Assembly (NCBI RefSeq): GCF_001194135.2
Contig: NC_068981.1
Span: forward strand, 123,908,121 to 123,972,120
Length of the DNA stretch: 64,000 bases
Source of the DNA: Octopus bimaculoides
Taxonomy: Eukaryota
Reading direction: 5' to 3'
Shown piece after piece: positions 1-11,725 of the stretch; position 1 is the stretch's first letter, and each line of letters begins with the position of its first letter. The notes under the pieces are model-generated. The model did no database searches and had not been told where the DNA came from. It saw only the letters and a program-made list of their open reading frames with translations. A program made the position numbers and the translations under genes.

Positions 1-1239
1 ATTCTATCTTGTATTGAAGTACAAAATAAGCAATATAGATTTCTCAATCTGGACAATTTTCACGAGGGCACCATGATAAGCTATGAAACGCAACCGGGTT
101 TCTGTACTAAGGTAATTTATCAGCTTCCTGAAGTTTATTTGTTCATGAATTACTATTGTTCTTTAGTTCAGGCCTGTTCAAATCGAGCAAACTTATGATC
201 AAAGCCCTTCAATCTCAACCTTTTTTGAGGTAATGTACATCAAGTGCCATATATCAATGTGTCCTTTCTATTTTAAGACAGTAGAGTTTGGCTTCAGGGA
301 GATTTGTTTGCTATTTCTTGCAGGCTAAGCAACCACGTAGATATATGACTTGGGCTTCAATAAACTTGTTATTAACCCTTTGTCTTTCATGTGAATCACA
401 TGTGATTCACAAGACGTATTTCCCTGATGTCCATGTATTATATATGACACAAATTCTCCATTTTTTCAACTTGCAACTTATGAAAAGAAAGCTCTGTATT
501 ATTTAGAACATATGAAACAAGCTCTAACTAAATGTTTGAAGGTTTGAAAATAATAATGGACATTAGGACAAACTTATAATGACATTTTGTGTGAGTAAAG
601 GGCTAAACGATGATAAATTTACTAGTATAAATGAGGTAAGAAACTATAATTTGTGTAACATATTTTCCTCGGAAATTCAGGTCTGAGATATCAAGATTTC
701 ATTAGTTATATATGTCATATATATCATTCGTCATATATGAATCTACATAATACATCTTTATAAAAACGCAGGTGTTTTATATCACAATGAATGTACAAAA
801 GTCTTAAATCATTCGTAAATCTTTGGAGATTTTGCATCACAAGCGATCCACGCTTGCAGACGCTAAGTAGCGAAGGGCACTGGTTGGAACTCACAATAAC
901 AAGAAGCAAGAGCACAGAAATTTTTTAAGCAGGAATAAGACATAATCTGCGGATATAGATCGCTGTGAATTTACTACCAATCTGACTACATTCCCAAAAG
1001 TCGAAAAATATTTGAAGTGAAGTGAATTATAATTTTTATTTGTTTTGATGTCTATCTAGATATTTACAGTTTTGTATTTCCTTTATTCATTGTAGTCTGT
1101 TTTATTCGTGGAATTATAGGTTCATGCTTAAAGAAATTGAATACTAGTATCCTTTTAGTATATTAAACCACATACATTTAAAATTTTACAATGAAAGGAT
1201 ATTATTATAATTATTATTAATGAAAATAAGTATCAGTTA

Positions 1240-1345
1240 TTCACTGAGATTGATGATATATGTACCAGTTATTCACTGGGGTCGATGTAATCGACTAGCC
1301 TCCGCCACTCACATTTCAGGCCTTGTACCTTTAATAGAAAGGACT
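1240..1345 (+). mobile_element. tRNA-derived SINE family 1, 3' half (tail type B)
   Basis: Core ...actggggtcgatgtaatcgac... and tail tttcaggccttgtacctttaatagaaagg followed by an ATT-rich end; matches copies at 58692-58891 and 15657-15855. Confidence 0.75.
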
Positions 1346-1366
1346 ATAATTATTACTAAGAGGAAG

Positions 1367-1530
1367 ACAGTGAGCTGGCAGAATCGTTAGCACGCCAGGC
1401 AAAATACTCAGCGGCATTTCGTCCGTCTTCACGTTCTGAGTTCAAATTCCGTCGAGGTCGACTTTTCCCTTCGTCCTTTCAGGATCGATAAGATAAGTAC
1501 CAGTTGAGTAATGGGCTCGATGTGTTAAAT
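1367..1530 (+). mobile_element. tRNA-derived SINE family 1, 5' part
   Basis: Head gtgagctggcagaatcgttagcacg (A-box-like TGGCAGAATCG), B-box-like GAGTTCAAATTCC, then gaggtcgac core; directly follows another copy. Confidence 0.8.
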
Positions 1531-1557
1531 ATTGAAACAATTATTTTTTTTATTATA

Positions 1558-2838
1558 TACACAGACATGCAGGAAGTAAATAGACACCTTTTAAGTTTTT
1601 AAATTATTGATCTAAGCGTTTTAATATGTTTTCAGCGGTGTAGAATTTACAATGTATTTATTTTTTTCATTCCAGGTGCCATTATATTAAACATGTGCGA
1701 AGAGTAACCATGCCACGCACAAAAAATTCAGCAGAACTGTCAGATTTTCAAAGAGGTCGTATTGTTGGGCAATCTGAGGCTGGTCTTGGTCAGTGAAAAA
1801 TTGCTGAAAATTTCCAAATTCTTCTTGCTACTGTAAATAGAATTATAGTGCAATTCAAAAGCCAAGGAAAAACATCAACAGATTTTCGTCCCGGCCGACC
1901 TGGGCCCTCGGAAAGGAAGCTTCGCTGTTTGAAGAGAATTGTGGAAAACGAACCCCGTTCGAAGGCTTCTGACATTGCAAAACAGCTAGAAGTTAGTCGA
2001 AGAACGTGTGTTACATATATGCATAAGGTTGGGTAATATGGACGAACAGCTAGAAGAAAACCTCTCCTTCAACCAATTAATATCATGAAAAGGAAAAAAT
2101 GGGCGAAGGAGATGTCAAAAAAATCCAGTTCATTTTGGGATAGAGTGATTTCATCAGATGAATCCAGATTTGCATTATTTTCAGACAGTGGACGTGTTGG
2201 GATCTGGAGGCTTCCCAATCAAGAATTTGATTTGAAACGACTCCAGCCAACTGTGAAACATGGCGGTATCTCTGTGGTGGTATGGGGAGTTGTCACTAGC
2301 AATGGTCATTCTGAGCTGATCGAATGTTTTGGAACCATAAACTCTGAAAAATACATCAAAATACTTAAGCAAGGACTACTTCTGGTGTATTCACACGATG
2401 GCATAACGAAAAATAAGTTTTTATTCATGGAAGATGGGGCTCCATGCCACACAGCGAAAAGGAATCGACAACGGCTGACTGAAAATGGGATCAAAAAGCT
2501 TCCTTTGCCGAGCCAATTTCCTGACATGAACGCAATTGAAAATCTTTGGAGCATACTAGATAGAGCTATACGAAAAACTCGACAGAAACCTAAATCTAAA
2601 GACAAATTGTTTCGATTGTTGCGTGAAAAATGGGCAGAAATTCCACAAGACGCAATCACAAAGCTCGTCAGTTCAATGCCAAACAGAGTTTCTGAATTAA
2701 AAACTGAAAAGGGAATGTCAACTAAATACTAAAGTATGTAGTCCTACCTATCGATTGCATTTCAATTGTTCGCTTTGCGTATTAAATAAAAGATTTTGAA
2801 AGTTAAAGGTTTCTATTTACTTCCCGCATGTCTGTGTA
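1558..2838 (+). mobile_element. Full-length Tc1-family DNA transposon (DD34E)
   Basis: TIRs cacagacatgc(a/g)ggaagtaaataga(c/a)accttt(t)aa at 1560-1594 and 2803-2836; TA target duplication at 1558-1559 and 2837-2838; AATAAA after the ORF. Confidence 0.95.
1710..2732 (+). pseudogene. Tc1 transposase, 340 codons with two in-frame stops
   Basis: One frame from ATG1710 (MPRTKNSAELSDFQRGRIVG) to TAA2730-2732 joins ORFs 1848 and 2085. Stops are TGA at 1794 and TAA at 2034. HTH N-terminus, GRP motif, SDESRF / EDGAPCH / NAIENLW with 34 residues between D2 and E, and a ...TKY end. Confidence 0.92.
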
Positions 2839-3914
2839 TGTCGAGAAAAATGTTTGTTTTACAACTACAAAACAGTTCTAATCAAAGGAATGCAGCGGGG
2901 TATTTCACAATCAAATGAATGTAATAAGACATTAAAGTGAAAATACAGAATAAATATCTTGTTATCGTGTGAAACTGAATCGTAGAAACCTAGTTGGCCT
3001 GTGTGCTAAAACTAATTTTAAGGCAGAGTGTCAGAGACTCACAATTAGGATTTTAAAAGAATGGAGGTGACGTTTCGCTTTCTGTTTCATTGCAGAGATT
3101 AAATAAGATAATTCAGTGATTTTTAATTATCTGTTGTAAAACTTAGTCATGTGCCTAATCAAAAGGCGTCAATGAGACAAGGCAATGTTTTGTCATGTTT
3201 TCTGTATAGTTAAAACCTACAAAATATGTACCGCTATAGTGACAAGAAGTTTTGTTGTTTCTGAAAAAACACTTTTGCTTATGCAACATTCTAGACAGTG
3301 CCAAGATGACATTCAAAATGCTTGCTATTTAATCGAGATATTCTTTTAAGTAAAATGGGTCAAAGTGAAGCGAAACTATCTTGACAACGCGGCAATCTGG
3401 ATTCTTAATATAATTGTACAGTACTGAAGAATTATTTCTATTATTCAGTTATACGATTATTTAATTAATTAATAGCTTATCTACATGATTTAATTACCAG
3501 CCCATAATCAGACAAATTATCACACTCTATAAAAAGATATCTTTTAGGATTTCAAATCCGATTATTCATATATTCAATTACAGTGTTTCAGACTAGAATA
3601 TAGGTGTAAGGCTATGAAAGTGAAGGTGTCAGGAAGCTTGATTCGAATTTCTGTATAGGATTATATATAATACGGTTGCACCATTTAAATAATTTACTTG
3701 CAATAATTCCTCATTTACACACATAATTTTGGTAAATGGTCAAAGTTGACACATCTTATGTGCAATGTATTCATATACAAACAAAAATATCCATTTCATC
3801 CCAAGAGACCTGACTAATGTTAAAGGAAAGCCTGGAAGGAAATTAACTGGTATTGCTGCCAGAATGTTCCGCAGACGCAGGTAAGTGAGGAGACTCCAGT
3901 GATGTCAGTGTTAA

Positions 3915-3990
3915 TAATAGTTCTTTCTAACTTTTGGCTCAAGGCCAGTAATTTCTAGGGGCTGGGGAAGTCGATTACATCTATCCAGGT
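3915..3990 (-). mobile_element. SINE family 1 3' fragment (tail type C)
   Basis: ttttggctcaaggccagtaattt...aagtcgattacatc is the reverse complement of the family core and tail. Confidence 0.6.
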
Positions 3991-3994
3991 TTTC

Positions 3995-6865
3995 ATATTT
4001 TATTGACTCCGAATGGAAGTATGCCAGGTTCATTACCCATCATTTCTATGATGTATCGCATTCACCGGAGCTTGTGGACCCTGTTGTTTGCGTCCTTTCT
4101 TAGAAGCGCCACCACTCCTCGACTCACAGATCTGGTAGTTCTTCCGTTCTACTGTCAGTTGCGGCAGATATCTGCCAAGAGGTTTCCAAACAAGCCGAGC
4201 ATATAAAAATTAAGTTCATGGAATATACATCCAAATCAGGCGACTTTAGTCCCGTGTAGCGTACTTCAACTTCTCTCATCGTCTTTTTGTAACAATCTGC
4301 CTCTTTTACCAAGAGTTGTGGCAGGATCTAGAACTGAAATTAATCCTGCGTTCTGGCCCGCCATTGGTTCTAAACATTTGCAGAGTTCTGCAGAAAAACC
4401 GCACACAACTGCTTGAAGTTGATTAATACGCACCCTTTAGGATTTTCCAAAGACTGAATTGTGGTTTTGTTGCAACGTTGCGCCTCCGTCAATCAGACCT
4501 ATCAAAAAGCTTTCATCTCTCCATGTCTTAAAGTATGCACCTTAAACCTAAAGTCGTAGCTTTCTTACTTCACGTTGAAGAATTGGTCGAGGGCCAGTCT
4601 CACTGCGAGCATATCTGTTCCTATCCCTTTCCTAAGTACTTTGTGTAAATATATCACTAATTCACCTTTTATTTTTGTTTTCTCTATATCCTTAATGAAC
4701 CTTATTGATTCTACTATAATAGTCCTTGTCACAGCAAGCTACCATTCGTTGCTAACGATTGCCTCCGCTAATGCCGGCTTAACTAAGTTGCTTCCCTCTT
4801 CTCAGCGAATCCTATACAATTCAACACGCATCCAAGATAGTGTTTCAATCGCTCACTAATGCTAAAGGGCAGGGCGTTCCTAAAAAAATGCCTCCAAACA
4901 CGTAGGCAGCTACTAATCTGAAGGCATGACGATAATCCGTATCGTGAAATCGCGACCCTTTCGAAAGGATACAACTAGGCCACCTTCAAATAGCGGTCGA
5001 CTTGGAGATGTGTACACCTCATATTCACCGAAAATTGACTTAAAGTTTTGTGGCTAGGAGATTCTGATGTCACAAATAACCACTACCTTTGTATATAGTA
5101 ATCTGACGTCGTTGAGCAGGTGGCTCTAATTTTATGCTAACCTCATGCCACATGTATATATACTGCTTATTCTAAGGCCATTAAACGGAAGAATGATATT
5201 CTGTTCCTTTGGCAAGTTGTGAATGTTTCTACAAACCGTTCTTTGCACAGTCTTTTGTTTCTATGACCCTGAAATCTCTTACTCCTTCAGTGTGTATGTT
5301 TTTAAGATGTAGTGTGTTGTGATATTTGGATGATTACATGTACTGGAATACTATTAGTTAATGTAATTTAGCTATTCTGTGTGATGCTTGCATGTTTATG
5401 TTCATGAATGTGTAGCTAATGATTTTGTGTTGCGGTGTATGACCTGATTGCTTGTGAATTATGCAGTACTTATGTTTGTATCAATAACACCATTCCCATC
5501 ACTATCACTACCACTATCACTATCTATGATAGAGGATGATGACGTTGGTAGTACTGTGTAACTTCTGTTGGGAATGGTCTCGGTAGCTCGTTAGCTAGAA
5601 GTGTTTCCACCATTTACTCACATCAGTCATTTTTTGTGTTGGTGTTTTTGTGTCTTTTTTTTTCCTTTACATTAATAACTTTTTGTCATTTAGGGTCCTC
5701 AGTAACACATTAAGCCCATGATATGTCGGAGTTGTCCCAAGAGAGAAAGGACACGTCTTGGATGAATCTGTCTTTTGTTTTATTGTTGTTCTTTGAGAGT
5801 TTTCAGTTGTTGTTGATAATGCTGTGGCTTTTGAGAGCGATGTTCCTTTTTGGTGTATTTTTATTGTTGTATCCACTATTGGTGTTCTTTGTGTAGCTTC
5901 CAGCCTTGTTATTGGTACTGCAGTCAATGCTTCTGCGGCTACATACTGCTCTAGCATTTGCTGTGGTTGATTGTGTTGAGGCAAAAGACTTCGAGAGTTA
6001 TTAGTATTTCCAAATTTGTACCTTCAGAGCGTTCTACGCTCCATTACCACTTGTAGCTACTACCCTCCTGGGATCTCTATTAGGTCGGGAATTTTGTCCA
6101 GTATCTCAGATTTCACTCAGCTCAAAATCTTCAATCCCACAATGACACGATTTTCTTTTCAGAACTATTTTATTTCAATCAACATGCTATGGTCTTCTAA
6201 TGATATGCTTGAGATACTTGCTCGGAACATTCTCCGTCCCGTGTAACGGTGTATCAGTGGGAAATCTTCAGCTCATTGAGGAACAGTGAAGTGCTTCTGA
6301 GTAGGGATTCCGTGTGGAAAATAACTCGGGCATATCCGATGTTATGGTATATCCCTCAAAATTAACGCCTCGCCTTATTTTATTTTTTAAATGCCGCTTG
6401 GTCTGAAGGTATACGCTCTAATTAATGTTTTTACGTTGATACACATCTATCCAGAATTGTTTTCCTTTGTTTGATCTAAAAGATGTTTCGGTGTATTGAG
6501 CATAACTTTTTTAGGATATAGCCTATTTATGTCTTTCTCCGCTTCTTTTAAATATTCACTCGTATTGTCTAATGCGATTTGATAAAAGAAAATAATTTTT
6601 GCTATTTTCACAGCTGCTATTGCTGTTACAGTTGTTAGTATTATCGTTGCAGCTGCCATTATTCCTTCTTTGGTGGAGGTAGAGTTTTTTATGCAGTTTG
6701 CTGCAGTAGCAGTGCAATGCATGATTTAATTGCACTTAGGATTTTACGAGCTTATATTACACGAGCTGATCTGTCATTGTTCTTGATGTCGCTACAGGTG
6801 TTGTTATAGTTGTTCTTGTTATATTTACTGCTGATGCTCTTGCTGTTACTATTGCTACGTACCAT
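3995..6865 (-). mobile_element. Decayed L1/Tx1-clade non-LTR retrotransposon (ORF1-like region, APE endonuclease, N-terminal RT region)
   Basis: Minus-strand translation across stops and frameshifts gives HLLNDVRLL..VVVICDIRIS, GGLVVSFRKG, FRLVAAYV, LVSD*NTILDA (APE GDWN motif), LALDQFF, KSPDLD (KSPGxDG) and MRYIIEMMGNEPG. Upstream DKIPDLIEIPGG..LQVVMERR resembles Tx1-type ORF1. Confidence 0.8.
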
Positions 6866-7557
6866 TTTGGGGGACTCATCATGATCAAGCCATTGACCTG
6901 ACCGTTTTCGGTTATCATAAGGGATCCACTTTTCGTCACTATTCTAAGTGACTATTCGGTCAAGAAAAGGATCATTGGTGTTTCGCAGAAAGAGTATCAA
7001 GTACACTCCAAAACGCCGAACATTTTGATTTTCAGTGAGCTCATGCGGTACCGATCTATCCAGCTTTTTCACCTTACCAATCTTCTGTAGATTGCGTGAG
7101 ACTTTTGCAATACCACCATGTGCCTGAAACCTTTCTCTGACATTTTAACGTGGGTTTTGTTCAATAATTACTTTCAGTTGTTCATTGTCAAAACTGCATG
7201 ACCGTTCTATACCTTCTTCATCTTCAAGGTTCCCATCACCACTACGGAATTTCTGAAACCACCTTCGTACTGTGCGGTCACTTGTGGACCCCTGCTCTGT
7301 TGATATTGGCAGCAATTTCGCAGGCATTGTGCCCAAGCTTGAACTCATGCAAGAAAAGTAAGTGAAGGTCCTTTGTTTGTCATGTTCATAATTAAGGGCG
7401 CCTATGCTTCAAGAATGTTTTCTGTGTGAAATAAGTAGAAAATTATTAAAGTTATTAAGTATGTCGAAATTCACCGAAAATATAATTAAAACACTATGAT
7501 AAAATTGCGTTTCAAAACAAAACTTAGAGCGGCCATTATTTTCGGAACAACCTTATA
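6866..7557 (-). mobile_element. Mariner (cecropia/Hsmar1-like) 5' half
   Basis: Left TIR tataaggttgttccgaaaataatggccg near 7557-7530. Translation LHEFKLGHNA..TVRRWFQKFRSGD..DNEQLKVIIEQNP..QKIGKVKKLDRSVPHELTENQ..DPFLDRIVT..DEKWIPYDNRKRSGQWLD includes the WVPHEL-like linker and the first catalytic D; truncated at about 6866. Confidence 0.9.
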
Positions 7558-7996
7558 ATACACGGTTGAATTCATTCACTGCTGTACTGCTCTGACTCTG
7601 CACGTTGGTTGAGGGATTTCAATTTGAATTCTTGATGTATAAAGATGGGACTAGATGCGCATGTGTTTACTTTATGTTTTCGGTACGTATTATAGTTTCA
7701 TAATTATGCATTTTCCAGCGACTCTACTGACGAGCTACGGAGGGTTAATTAATCAATTAATTAATTGATTTATTTGATCATTAATGGTGAAACTCATGTG
7801 TATAAGGTTAACTGAGATTTTTTATTCATTCAAGTGTCCTGCTCGCTTACAAGCAACGTACAATAAGTAAGAATGTTTTTTTCGGGGTTTAGGTTTTGAC
7901 TGCCTTCTCTAGCATGTAAGGAGCCCACATGGTGGTCTCCCCTCCGTGTATAAATACTAATACACTATTATACTATTTAATAATTTTTACCCTGTA

Positions 7997-8052
<56 letters not shown>

Positions 8053-10599
8053 NNNNNNNNNNNNNNNNNNNNNNNNNNNNNNNNNNNNNNNNNNNNNNNN
8101 NNNNNNNNNNNNNNNNNNNNNNNNNNNNNNNNNNNNNNNNNNNNNNNNNNNNNNNNNNNNNNNNNNNNNNNNNNNNNNNNNNNNNNNNNNNNNNNNNNNN
8201 NNNNNNNNNNNNNNNNNNNNNNNNNNNNNNNNNNNNNNNNNNNNNNNNNNNNNNNNNNNNNNNNNNNNNNNNNNNNNNNNNNNNNNNNNNNNNNNNNNNN
8301 NNNNNNNNNNNNNNNNNNNNNNNNNNNNNNNNNNNNNNNNNNNNNNNNNNNNNNNNNNNNNNNNNNNNNNNNNNNNNNNNNNNNNNNNNNNNNNNATATC
8401 ATTGGTGCATAGTATTGTAGAATTGCGATGTTAATATGAGCGAATTTGGAAGGTCTATGTTTCCTTTCATAATTTTAATTATTTATTTAGATTTATGCAG
8501 ATTATATCCATGGGTAATTAATAAAAATATAACCACGAAATAAACATTTACAGACTTAGTGTATTCCAACAGAAACACGCGTTGGAAGGAAAGCACCAAC
8601 AGAAATGGTGGACGACATGGCTAAAACGTCTAGAAGAAATGGAGCAAGTAACGTCACCATCAATCTAAAATAATATTCGTCTATAATAGAATGCTGTGAT
8701 GCTTATATTGGTAAGATATACCACCGCATGGAACGTATTTTCAGCTTGTATCTTGATCAGGAACACGATTTAGTCCGTTTAACTGAAAAGTCAATGTTTT
8801 GCCGATCCACCATCAATTACTCCGCTGGTTTTGAAGATGAATAATTCTAGATTAAGTGATGATATGATTATTGTAGTTTAGAAGCCATTGGTTATTCCTA
8901 GATCGTTCGATCGTGATATGAATTATTAACTACATTCCACTGAATCAAAACTGTTTGCCAAATATTCTATCGCGGAAATGTTATCAAATTTCGGTCAGAA
9001 AACAGAATTTTTCGTAGAGCATCGGGGAACTTTTCATTATATTATCTAATTAAAATCGTCAAGGAGGACACTTGAAGTGGACAGTGACTACTTCCATATG
9101 AAAAGATAATATGAACAGCAATATTCTACTGTTCAGTTCAATTTACACTTTATGTTGTTTTATCTCCAATGTTTAACAGCTGGAATTATTGAGCTTAAAT
9201 CAATATTAATATCCTCTTTATCTAATTAAGCTGGATAAGTTGTTACTAAGACCGTCGGTTGTCGAAACGACTTAATCTTACTCTTAAATTTAATGGTGTC
9301 ATTTTGAGAAAACGAATAACTAAATTTTAGTACAGTTAAGCGCCTTATCTGCAGGTTAAGCTAAAACGGCCATATGTTACGGTAATTATTACTAAAGGAT
9401 CTGCTAACAAAACATGCTGATTGATAGTTGACTTAGCCATTATTGTTGTAGCTCATGGAGCTTCTGACTACTGAGAATAGTGTTTTATAGCTCTGGTCAG
9501 CACCACTTCAATACAACCATAACGTGTAGGCCAGAGATCAAACGTTATGAGAAAGCAAAATGTCTTCCATTTGTATATTCTTACACTAATCCTGCTGAAT
9601 ACTGTCGTCAAATGGCACTTCAATCTCTCCTTATCATCTCTCAAATTAATTAGATTCACAATAAAGATATACAACCGACTACAAGACAACCTTCGTTCTA
9701 TCAGTGGTAGGATACCCAAATTTGTTACAACTATAGAATAAGGAGTAAATAAATGGATTATATTTACGCTTTTGCTCTCAAATTCGATCGATTTTCTTTA
9801 CATTTTCCTTCCACTTTCAATCAAGGAGCTTGGATTGTACTAAATAGATGATAATCAAGAGAAAATCAGTTTCTTGAAGACCATCACTCTATAGTAATTT
9901 AGTCTTAACATTGCAAATTCACCAATCATCTATGAACGCTACACTGACGTTGCTGTAAATATCAGTGAGGTGTTCCTACTACAAGGTAAATACTCGAGAG
10001 GAACAGAGTGCTTTGGCCATAAGCATTAGTGTCAGTCATATAAGATACAAGCTACTAGCACTCCATTGGCTTCCTAACTCTTATATCAATTTGGAAATAC
10101 GATGTTTTCATCAAGAAAATATGTTGTCTTTTATGGTTTGAAAAGTAGGTGTAAGCCAACAGTCGTGGCTCTTTACGGAGCCTCCGAGCCTGCTTTCAAT
10201 AATGTCTTCAAACAGCAGAACTGACTAGAATGACTGCAAGAATCTGTTCACTTAATTCAAGGTACCCTAGAACCGGGTTAATGTGTTTGTGTTAACCTAA
10301 TAAAAATAATAGCCTTTTCTTCAACAAAAATGCCCCATATTTCGAAATATAAACATTTTCATCTCCATATAATACAGGATATAAATGTTGGCTGGTTGAC
10401 TAATATTTTTCCGTACCTGTTTTACATTGTATAGAGACAGTGAGAGGTAGGTGTAAGAGAGAATAAAAGAGCGATACAGAGAGAAGAAACATAGGAAGTT
10501 AAAGTCGATAGGAGAACATTGAAATTGAGAAGCATTGGTAGGGATAGTAAAGATGATAAAAGTTACGTTGTCGGTAAATGCAAAATACATGACACACGC

Positions 10600-10601
<2 letters not shown>

Positions 10602-10679
<78 letters not shown>

Positions 10680-10684
10680 ACACA
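10602..10684 (+). repeat. (CA)n microsatellite
   Basis: Direct reading. Confidence 0.98.
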
Positions 10685-11068
10685 TTCGCATACACACATG
10701 CATGCAGACATAACTACAGTCTAAGCAGAAGGATAAACTGGACAAGAAGTTGGTAGGAAGAAGTAGAGAAACAGTAGGTTTCCAAAGCTGCATTTGTGGA
10801 GGGTTGTGTGTGTTTGAACCAAGAGAAATATCTCGTAGTGGCCAATGTTGTGTGTATGAGTAGCATAGACAAACATAGGCATATCAAATACTATGCAACT
10901 TAAATTCTTGATTTAATAAAATGAACTCCACTTCTAGGGGAGGATTTGTAACAATTACCAAATGGCAACTAAGACCAGTTGCATATGAGAAGGGGAGCTA
11001 ATCTCGAGAATGAAAAAAATCACCACTTTACAAATTTCCTTCCTTCATCTCCATGAAATATGCTTTAC

Positions 11069-11071
<3 letters not shown>

Positions 11072-11114
<43 letters not shown>
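11072..11114 (+). repeat. (CT)n microsatellite
   Basis: Direct reading. Confidence 0.98.
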
Positions 11115-11117
<3 letters not shown>

Positions 11118-11513
11118 TATACATATCACTATCTATCTCTATATATCTTTCTTTTCATATGCCTGACTCTATCACTATACATCTATCTATTTTTACATGC
11201 CTGACTCTATCCTTCTCTTGTATCATTTCTTTTTTTTTTTCTCTTTTGGTAGATTCGTATCTTGCGTTTAGCCTGCAAACTAATCTCTCTTTTAGACAAT
11301 GGACCATCTTAGGCGAAATTTTTATACCGCCTTTGCAGCGAAAGCAGCCCGCCTGGAGAACTGATCATTCCGAAACATCACTGACCAGAATATACCAAAG
11401 AAAAGTTGTAAAGATAAGAAAAAACTTCTAAAACAGAAAATAACTTCTTGCACGGATACAATGATAAAATACATCAACAGAATAAAATAGAAATAGTTGC
11501 CAGCTCTCAAATA

Positions 11514-11725
11514 TTGGTTTCAAATTTTGGCACAAGGCCAGCAAACTCGCGGGTGGGAATTAACCGAATACATCGAGTCCAGATAAAATAGGCTGGTACT
11601 TAATTTATCCAAAAGGATGAAAGGCAAAGTCGACATTAGCTGAATTTGAATTCAGAATGTAAGGATGGAAAAAATGCTGGGAAAGATCATTTTGCCCGGC
11701 GTGCTGGCGATCCTTCTAGCTCAGA
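11514..11725 (-). mobile_element. SINE family 1 (tail type C)
   Basis: ggtttcaaattttggcacaaggccagca...ggatgaaaggcaaagtcgac...gaatttgaattcagaatgta, the reverse complement of the family. Confidence 0.8.

Noticed and set aside
1794-2036. A-to-I editing rescuing the two Tc1 stop codons
   Set aside because: Editing would give Trp at positions where Arg and Tyr are expected, and nothing in the sequence suggests it; simple nonsense mutation explains both.
7736-7950. Possible MITE bounded by cggaggg/ccctccg
   Set aside because: The inverted match is only 7-8 bp and there is no clear target duplication.
11298-11490. MDHLRRNFYTAFAAKAARLEN* followed by an open Lys-rich frame
   Set aside because: It is short, matches no recognisable family and has no supporting donor site.
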